A stretch of 31,211 bases of DNA, taken from IMG/VR virus record IMGVR_UViG_2737471829_000009; one strand, written 5' to 3'. This stretch comes from a virus (lineage: Duplodnaviria > Heunggongvirae > Uroviricota > Caudoviricetes). Shown one piece after another: positions 25,494 through 31,211 of this stretch. The notes below the pieces were generated by a model, which was given only the letters and a program-made list of their open reading frames with translations, made no database searches and had not been told where the DNA came from. The translations under genes and the position numbers were made by a program. Positions within the stretch are counted from its first letter, which is position 1. Each line of letters opens with the position of its first letter.

Positions 25494-27784
25494 TAACGCC
25501 ACTCCTTATGCATTGAGAATCCCGGCCACTCATCAGCAGCCACGTATTTGAATTTTTTATCGCCATAAATCACCGTTGCCCCACGCGCCAGCGCTTCAAG
25601 CTCCCACCGTTCCGGGGTAATGCCCTCCTGAGCCAAATCGAAACGAATTTTCGCTAAGCGATCCCTTTCTGGTTTTGTCATCCTGGCTGATGGCGCTTGC
25701 TCGCCCGTTTTGAGTGGCTCATTGCTTCTTTGCTGGCGATTTTTGCGAGGGATGCCAGTTTTTAACGCGCCATTAAGCACCTTCATGACGTCTGGCTCAT
25801 TCCAGCCGATAACCCCGCGCTCAATCAGATTTAACACCGCTGCGGCTTGCTCAGACGGTGTGGGTGTCATAACTGGAGTATCACCGCCGGTGAGCTTTCC
25901 ACAGTTATTGACAGGACTCCGAGGCGCGGCAGAGCCGCTTTTTAAGGTCAAAGGCTCAACGGCAAAAATCTTTGGAACAATGCGCCATTCGGCTGTACGG
26001 GTTACATGTATGCGGCTCGCCCCGAGGTGAGGGGCATAAATGCCGACCACTCTCTCGATATCTTCCTCATATTCGTTGACCTCATCCGTCACCTTACGGG
26101 CGACCCTGACGGCCTGCGCATCACGCGGCATGTTTGCCCCACCCTGCGCGATGATATACAGGTCAAATTCACCTTCATCAGCAGCAGCCCGGACAGCCTC
26201 GACCCGGTCGTCAAATTCACTGGCGATACTCACGCCGCGCGGCAGCTTGCGCAGTTCGCGGTAAGCGCCCATTGTCGGCAGGCCAATTGGTTTAAACTGC
26301 GGGATGCGCCATGTAGACGCCCATGCGGTTACGGCTGCGGCGGTATCTTTCAGAGGCTTTCCGGTGTCGTGGTCGAGCTGGCCGTCGAGTGCGTAGCCGT
26401 CGATATTTTTGGCAATGTATTTAGCGATATAACCCGCCGCGCCGCCCTGATTAAGATGACGTGACTCAAAGCGCTGTTTTGCCGCACCCTTTTCGTGCCC
26501 GTCCTCTTTGAGAGCATAACGACGCATAATTTCGTTAATAGCTTTACGCTGACCGGGTTTGCAAAACAGCATCATGTGCCAGTGTGGCGTCCCGTCGTGG
26601 TGCGGTTCGACAACACGCATCCCGTAAACCTCTAAATCGTTATCTTTGAAAGCGGTGCGTATCAGGCTCCAGATTCGGCACAGATAGCGCTGGCCGTCTT
26701 TGGGGGTAAATGCGGTTTCATTCCAGCCATGATTGAGCTGCACAGTTTTGTTTTCACCTTTGCCGACCTGTCGGGTCGGGTGATACTTCGATGGCGTGGT
26801 CAGCGTGATAAACATCCCCACGTCACCAACGCTGGCCGCGTAGCGTTCAATCCCGGCGATAGTGTTCATCAGTTCCATACGCCGTATTTCAGGATTAGAA
26901 ATACTCCCCATTACCTTACTGATGAGGTCGATACGTTCGCCGGTGACTTTGTTTTCCAACTCGCAGGATTTCAGGTATTCGAGATTAGCCAGTCGGCGCG
27001 CGTGCACATCGCGGATCGCCATTTTACTTGCGTAAGGTGAGCGGTCTTTGTTGACTTCACCAGCCGCAATAAGCAGCGCCTCGCGCCAGCGCATCCGCTG
27101 CGCCTTGAGCTGGCTGCCCCACCACTCATCTTTTATCAGACGGGAAATAGCAGAAAATGCCATGCGGATCGTCATCTGACCCTTACGGTATTTTTTCCAG
27201 TACATCGGGGTGAAGTTAAAAGCGCGAGCAATACCGGCCACCTGACCGTATAAATGAGCCTGCGCCTCATCGGTGAATAAAGTGTCTTTCCCGCCGTGCG
27301 CCTCCTCCCATGCGTCGCTTAACTCTTCGTATTTGCTCCAGAGTTGAGAAGCAATTCTGGCCGCAAATTTCTTAAGCTCTTTGTCATTCATATCCGGCAG
27401 GCACGCATACTGGTCACGCTCGGACAAAAAACCAATCGAGGCGGATTCATTCATCCCGCACAGCTCATTAACACGCTCAAGACGCGGCAGCAGCTTGCGC
27501 TCAAACGTGTTTTTGAGGAAATACAGCCCACCCAAAGGGCTCTTTGTGCGGCGGATGAAGTTATAACGCGCGGTAAACAGCGTTTGCAGGAAAAACGGCA
27601 GGCGATCAATCCGGTTTAAAACACCTTGCACCTGACGGAGTTCGGCACGTGTAAGGGGTCTGTCGCGGCCAACTGCCTCGCGGGATTTATTCCACGGATA
27701 AGCACCGACGAAATTATCACCGGTGCTTTTGGGTAGTGGCGGAGGTGGCGAGGGGGCAACGCGCCCCCGAGTTTCAACGGCCAT
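25493..27784 (-). CDS. A: Rolling-circle replication initiator / endonuclease gpA
   Basis: Start trimmed to MAVETRGRVAPSPPPP... (ATG at 27784); long colinear match to P2 gpA as recalled. Confidence 0.9.
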   Translation of the reverse strand: MAVETRGRVAPSPPPPLPKSTGDNFVGAYPWNKSREAVGRDRPLTRAELRQVQGVLNRIDRLPFFLQTLFTARYNFIRRTKSPLGGLYFLKNTFERKLLPRLERVNELCGMNESASIGFLSERDQYACLPDMNDKELKKFAARIASQLWSKYEELSDAWEEAHGGKDTLFTDEAQAHLYGQVAGIARAFNFTPMYWKKYRKGQMTIRMAFSAISRLIKDEWWGSQLKAQRMRWREALLIAAGEVNKDRSPYASKMAIRDVHARRLANLEYLKSCELENKVTGERIDLISKVMGSISNPEIRRMELMNTIAGIERYAASVGDVGMFITLTTPSKYHPTRQVGKGENKTVQLNHGWNETAFTPKDGQRYLCRIWSLIRTAFKDNDLEVYGMRVVEPHHDGTPHWHMMLFCKPGQRKAINEIMRRYALKEDGHEKGAAKQRFESRHLNQGGAAGYIAKYIAKNIDGYALDGQLDHDTGKPLKDTAAAVTAWASTWRIPQFKPIGLPTMGAYRELRKLPRGVSIASEFDDRVEAVRAAADEGEFDLYIIAQGGANMPRDAQAVRVARKVTDEVNEYEEDIERVVGIYAPHLGASRIHVTRTAEWRIVPKIFAVEPLTLKSGSAAPRSPVNNCGKLTGGDTPVMTPTPSEQAAAVLNLIERGVIGWNEPDVMKVLNGALKTGIPRKNRQQRSNEPLKTGEQAPSARMTKPERDRLAKIRFDLAQEGITPERWELEALARGATVIYGDKKFKYVAADEWPGFSMHKEWR

Positions 27785-28049
27785 CTGCAGCAAACGCAGT
27801 CTGACATTGCTGACCAATGCGCTCGACCTGCTCGCCAATGTCCGCAAAACTGACCGCCTCACCGGTCAGAATGCCATGTAATATCAGACCAGATACGAGT
27901 CTGGAAATTGTTGGATAATAGCCAATAACACCGAGCCACTCTTTACCGGCGCTCTTTCCTGATTTTGCGGTTTTCTTTTCCTGCAAAATAAATTGAAACT
28001 GGTCACTAGTGACGACGAAACGGTCGCCCACCTCAATATAAATTGACAT
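27774..28049 (-). CDS. Hypothetical early-operon protein
   Basis: 91-aa ORF with an ATG start, overlapping the A start by about 10 nt and coupled to the upstream ORF. Confidence 0.5.
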   Translation of the reverse strand: MSIYIEVGDRFVVTSDQFQFILQEKKTAKSGKSAGKEWLGVIGYYPTISRLVSGLILHGILTGEAVSFADIGEQVERIGQQCQTAFAADGR

Positions 28050-28348
28050 TATTTACCACCTTTCCGATTTAATTTTTTTAGCTCACACGCGCAATATGTG
28101 GATTGTTCAGCCATGAATTTTATTAATTCATCCGTCGTGGTTATTTTTTTGCGATAAATAGCACGTTTGACAATTAGGTCGACAACATCAGAAAACAGAT
28201 TTAACTCATTCGAATAAATAGCGATAACTGACCCAACCATCAAGCCAGATTCTTTATCGCTTTTGAGGTCAGACAGAGATAAATCACCATTTTTGAGAAC
28301 GGCAACTTTTAACCAGCCATTGAGAATCACAGATTTCAGCACAGACAT
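28049..28348 (-). CDS. Hypothetical early-operon protein (AT-rich)
   Basis: 99-aa ORF with an ATG start and a one-base stop/start overlap with the downstream ORF; visibly more AT-rich than its neighbours. Confidence 0.5.
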   Translation of the reverse strand: MSVLKSVILNGWLKVAVLKNGDLSLSDLKSDKESGLMVGSVIAIYSNELNLFSDVVDLIVKRAIYRKKITTTDELIKFMAEQSTYCACELKKLNRKGGK

Positions 28349-28572
28349 TAAACAGCCTCCCCTCGGGCGAGACCTGCGTTATGAAGTACCGTTGATTCCT
28401 GGCTGAGTAACTCGACAATCTCAACACGCCCCAACTCCTGCGTAACGATATGTTGAATCAGTTTATCCAGATGAGATGAGAATATAGTCGCCGCGTCGGC
28501 CTGCGCTTCTGCTCTGGCCTGCTGAAGCAATAAAGAAAAATTGCTGTTTTGCTTTTCCGTTCCTGTAAGCAT
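28348..28572 (-). CDS. Hypothetical early-operon protein
   Basis: Trimmed to the ATG at 28572 (MLTGTEKQN...), which has a GGAGA RBS about 8 nt upstream. Confidence 0.45.
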   Translation of the reverse strand: MLTGTEKQNSNFSLLLQQARAEAQADAATIFSSHLDKLIQHIVTQELGRVEIVELLSQESTVLHNAGLARGEAV

Positions 28573-28635
28573 GACTTTCTCCAGACAAAAAGAAGTCCCG
28601 CACAATCAAGTGCGTTTAACATTCGTATTATTTAA

Positions 28636-29136
28636 TTAATGCAAATATTGCTCAGGCTTTACCGATGTTAATATCGTCGGAGCATACTCAAACAGGCTAA
28701 ATAACTCACGCAAAGCACGAAATAATCTTTCACGCCAATAACATGATTCTTCATTAATACGCCAGTAAGGCTGATTAAATTCAACCTCACTTAACCCCGC
28801 GTGTAAAAATAAAGAGCGTCGCTGACCTACTGTTAGAAAACTAATATATGCAGACTCACTTGAGCCAACCTGACGACGTTTTGAAAATGCAGCACGTAGC
28901 TCGTCGATAGCGCACACCAGACGCTCCCGGTCTACATCGTTCATTTCCTCAAGACGCATCGTCGCATGACGCTGTTTTAATTGAGCATGAAAACAGACCG
29001 TCAGGCGGTCGCGTTCCATCATTTGATTATAGAAATCGCAGCTATCATGCCAGCGCGGCTCCGCCAGATGTTTTCCAATAACGAGGCGCAGGGATTGTGG
29101 CTGTTTTTGAACCAACGCAAGAGTCATTACCGCCAT
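28636..29136 (-). CDS. B: Replication protein gpB
   Basis: 166-aa protein between cox and A, the size and position of P2 B; the MAVMTLALVQKQPQSLRLVIGKHLAEPRWHD... N-terminus matches as recalled. Confidence 0.8.
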   Translation of the reverse strand: MAVMTLALVQKQPQSLRLVIGKHLAEPRWHDSCDFYNQMMERDRLTVCFHAQLKQRHATMRLEEMNDVDRERLVCAIDELRAAFSKRRQVGSSESAYISFLTVGQRRSLFLHAGLSEVEFNQPYWRINEESCYWRERLFRALRELFSLFEYAPTILTSVKPEQYLH

Positions 29137-29303
29137 AACGTTAACCCTCTGGATTTAATGAAGCGTTTAGCCATGGCAAAAAATCCCGGCTTACTGGTGC
29201 GAATGATGATGCCTTTACGTCCCTTACCATGAGTAATCTTGAACGTAATCAGGCGTGGGCTTTCACTACGCAGTAACTGAGCAATGCAACGAGGTTCATT
29301 CAT
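29127..29303 (-). CDS. Small basic early protein (P2 orf78-like position)
   Basis: Trimmed to the ATG at 29303, immediately after the cox stop; 58 aa, Lys/Arg-rich. Confidence 0.4.
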   Translation of the reverse strand: MNEPRCIAQLLRSESPRLITFKITHGKGRKGIIIRTSKPGFFAMAKRFIKSRGLTLWR

Positions 29304-29313
29304 GAGTTTTCCC

Positions 29314-29670
29314 CTAAGCAACCGCGCGACCATGAGCCGACTTGCTGTAACTAATACGGTTTTTCCAGTCATGCCACTCGGTTGGAGCATCCTGCACCAA
29401 TTGCGCAGCATATTTATCCCACTCACGGCGGTTTACCCACAACTCAGCTTTACCACCTGGCTTTAAAGGATCCGTCATGTAAAAAGCAGGCAATTTGCCA
29501 GACCTTGCCATTTCAGCCACAGCACGTGGAGTTTTGCCTATATAGAGGGCAAAACCTTCTTTCGATAAGAGGTCTGATGGTTTATCAGCTAGCTGTAATG
29601 AAACGCGCCCTTTTTTCTGATCGGACACATCCTGTCTATACTCATCATTAATTTCTGATTCACTATTCAA
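29314..29670 (-). CDS. cox: Cox-like excisionase / early-promoter regulator
   Basis: First gene of the early operon, divergent from C; FALYIGKTPRAVAEMARSGKLPAFYMTDP resembles the P2 Cox HTH region as recalled. The N-terminal extent is uncertain. Confidence 0.7.
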   Translation of the reverse strand: MNSESEINDEYRQDVSDQKKGRVSLQLADKPSDLLSKEGFALYIGKTPRAVAEMARSGKLPAFYMTDPLKPGGKAELWVNRREWDKYAAQLVQDAPTEWHDWKNRISYSKSAHGRAVA

Positions 29671-29700
29671 TTTGATATCCTCACATTGGCATCAGCGAAC

Positions 29701-29730
29701 TAGAGTGACCTAGAGTCACTTAGAGCTGAT
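29701..29730. promoter_or_regulatory. Immunity operator: three direct repeats at 10-bp spacing between cox and C
   Basis: TAGAGTGACC / TAGAGTCACT / TAGAGCTGAT in tandem, with an embedded inverted repeat AGTGAC-CTAGA-GTCACT, in the 103-bp gap between the divergent Pe and Pc promoters. Confidence 0.5.
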
Positions 29731-29773
29731 AAATCATATCAACTCACGAAAATAATACGAGGTTAGACAATTT

Positions 29774-30073
29774 ATGTCAACGCAGACAAGCGAGCGATTA
29801 AAGCTCATCCGTGAATCTGAGCGCCTGAAAATGAAGGAAGCGGCTGAATTAGCTGGCATCAATTACACCACGTACGCAGGTTATGAATCAGGTAAGGCCA
29901 TGATGTCTCTGGAAAATGCCAAGAAGTTTTTTAAGGTTCAGAGGTTCAGAAAATATCGCGATTGGTTCATGTTTGATGAGATTGATCCCGAAGCCGGACA
30001 GATAGCTCCGGCACTCGCACACTCTGGGCAAGATTTAACAACCTCGCAGCACTCAGGCCAAAAGACTGGTTAA
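29774..30073 (+). CDS. C: Immunity repressor C (HTH)
   Basis: 99-aa protein, the same length as P2 C, with an N-terminal HTH-like segment (MKEAAELAGINYTTYAGYESG), divergent from cox and upstream of int. Confidence 0.8.
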   Translation: MSTQTSERLKLIRESERLKMKEAAELAGINYTTYAGYESGKAMMSLENAKKFFKVQRFRKYRDWFMFDEIDPEAGQIAPALAHSGQDLTTSQHSGQKTG

Positions 30074-30215
30074 CCATTCACCGCGCACATGTTTATTACA
30101 AAATTTGTTTACTTGTTAACAAGTATGGCGAGCAACGTAACCACTGGAGACTAAAACCGCAAAAAGTAGCGTCAAAGATACAAAAGAAGAATTTATACAC
30201 CGCATGGAGAATCTT

Positions 30216-31211
30216 ATGAGCATTAAGAAACTCGATGACGGTCGATATGAAGTGGACGTAAGGCCGCAGGGTGCAGACGGAAAACGCATCCGGCGCAAAT
30301 TTAACACAAAGGGCGAGGCGCAAGCCTTTGAACGCCATGTACTGGTTAATTTTCACAATAAAGAGTGGATTGAAAAACCAGCAGACCGAAGAAGAATTAC
30401 CGAACTTTTAGAACGTTGGTGGATATATCACGGCAAGATGCACCCCCGCGGGGATATCGAAAGGGGTCGACTTACAACAATAGCAGCAAAGTTTGAGGAA
30501 ATGGGTATAACCAGAGCTGATCAACTTACCAAAAAATCGATAACCGATTACCGGGTGTTGATGATGAATGAAGGGTTGAAACCTGCCAGTGTAAACCGAC
30601 ATATGGCAATGATGAGCGGCGTATTCACAAAACTGATTGATGCTGAGGAATACAACTGCCCTAATCCATTCAGGGATATCAAGCGGTTGAAAGAGGCTTC
30701 TTTCGAAATGTCTTTTTTGTCAGGCGAGGAAATTGAAGCTCTGTTAGCCCGCCTGGATGGCGACGAGCGCAGCGCCGTTCTAGTTTGTTTGTCAACCGGC
30801 GGCAGGTGGGGTGAGGTTTCTGACTTAAAAGCCGAGCACATCATAAATCAGATGGTTACATTCATGAAAACCAAAAACGGGAAGCACAGGACAATCCCCC
30901 TTTCGCTTGACCTAATAAAGCGAATCAAGAAGAAAAACTCAGGCAGGCTCTTTAACGCCAGTTACTACAAAGTACGTACCGCCTTAAAAGAGGTTAAACC
31001 CGAATTACCAGATGGACAGGCCGTACATGTTTTGAGGCACACATTTGCCACACATTTTATAATGAATGGAGGTAACATAATCACATTGCAGCGCATATTG
31101 GGTCATTCAAACATACAGCAAACTATGACCTACGCACATTTCGCGCCGGATTTCCTGCAAGATGCAGTGACACTAAATCCGGTGTCTAGAATGTCCATAA
31201 TGCGTCCATAA
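30216..31211 (+). CDS. int: Tyrosine integrase (P2 Int family)
   Basis: Start trimmed to MSIKKLDDGRYEVDVRP (GGAGA RBS). C-terminal HVLRHTFATHF...LGHSNIQQTMTYAHF carries the tyrosine-recombinase signature. The stop codon is the last 3 nt of the window. Confidence 0.9.
   Translation: MSIKKLDDGRYEVDVRPQGADGKRIRRKFNTKGEAQAFERHVLVNFHNKEWIEKPADRRRITELLERWWIYHGKMHPRGDIERGRLTTIAAKFEEMGITRADQLTKKSITDYRVLMMNEGLKPASVNRHMAMMSGVFTKLIDAEEYNCPNPFRDIKRLKEASFEMSFLSGEEIEALLARLDGDERSAVLVCLSTGGRWGEVSDLKAEHIINQMVTFMKTKNGKHRTIPLSLDLIKRIKKKNSGRLFNASYYKVRTALKEVKPELPDGQAVHVLRHTFATHFIMNGGNIITLQRILGHSNIQQTMTYAHFAPDFLQDAVTLNPVSRMSIMRP

Noticed and set aside
1-31211. CRISPR arrays, tRNA/rRNA genes, IS elements or transposases
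   Set aside because: No short regularly spaced repeats, no cloverleaf-compatible segments and no transposase-like ORFs were seen; the only recombinase is the phage integrase.

Overview
The window is a nearly complete P2-like (Peduovirus-type) temperate prophage from a GC-rich enterobacterial host. It runs from ogr at the left edge (1..222, minus) to a complete tyrosine integrase whose stop codon is the last three bases of the window (30216..31211, plus); attL/attR lie outside. The backbone is syntenic with P2: tail genes D-U-T-E/E'-FII-FI, tail fibre and baseplate G-H-I-J-W-V, S-R, a lysis cassette, head genes X-L-M-N-O, divergent P-Q, then the early/immunity region A, B, cox, C, int. Calls rest on reading the supplied translations against remembered P2 proteins and on gene order; no search was run. 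The ORF track accepts GTG/TTG starts, so several 5' ends were trimmed to ATG codons with Shine-Dalgarno support, and hand-counted coordinates of non-ORF features may be off by 1-2 nt. Three AT-rich islands (judged by eye, not computed) interrupt the backbone and are the most interesting parts: (1) a tightly coupled two-gene operon between portal gene Q and a cos-like site, encoding a DUF262/ParB-like protein and a small protein with a HEPN-like R-x5-H motif, which I do not recognise as a named defence system; (2) a single 543-aa ORF between S and V, opposite in orientation to the late genes, with a similar C-terminal motif; (3) a small AT-rich ORF inside the early operon between B and A. The canonical Z/fun site between G and FI is empty.
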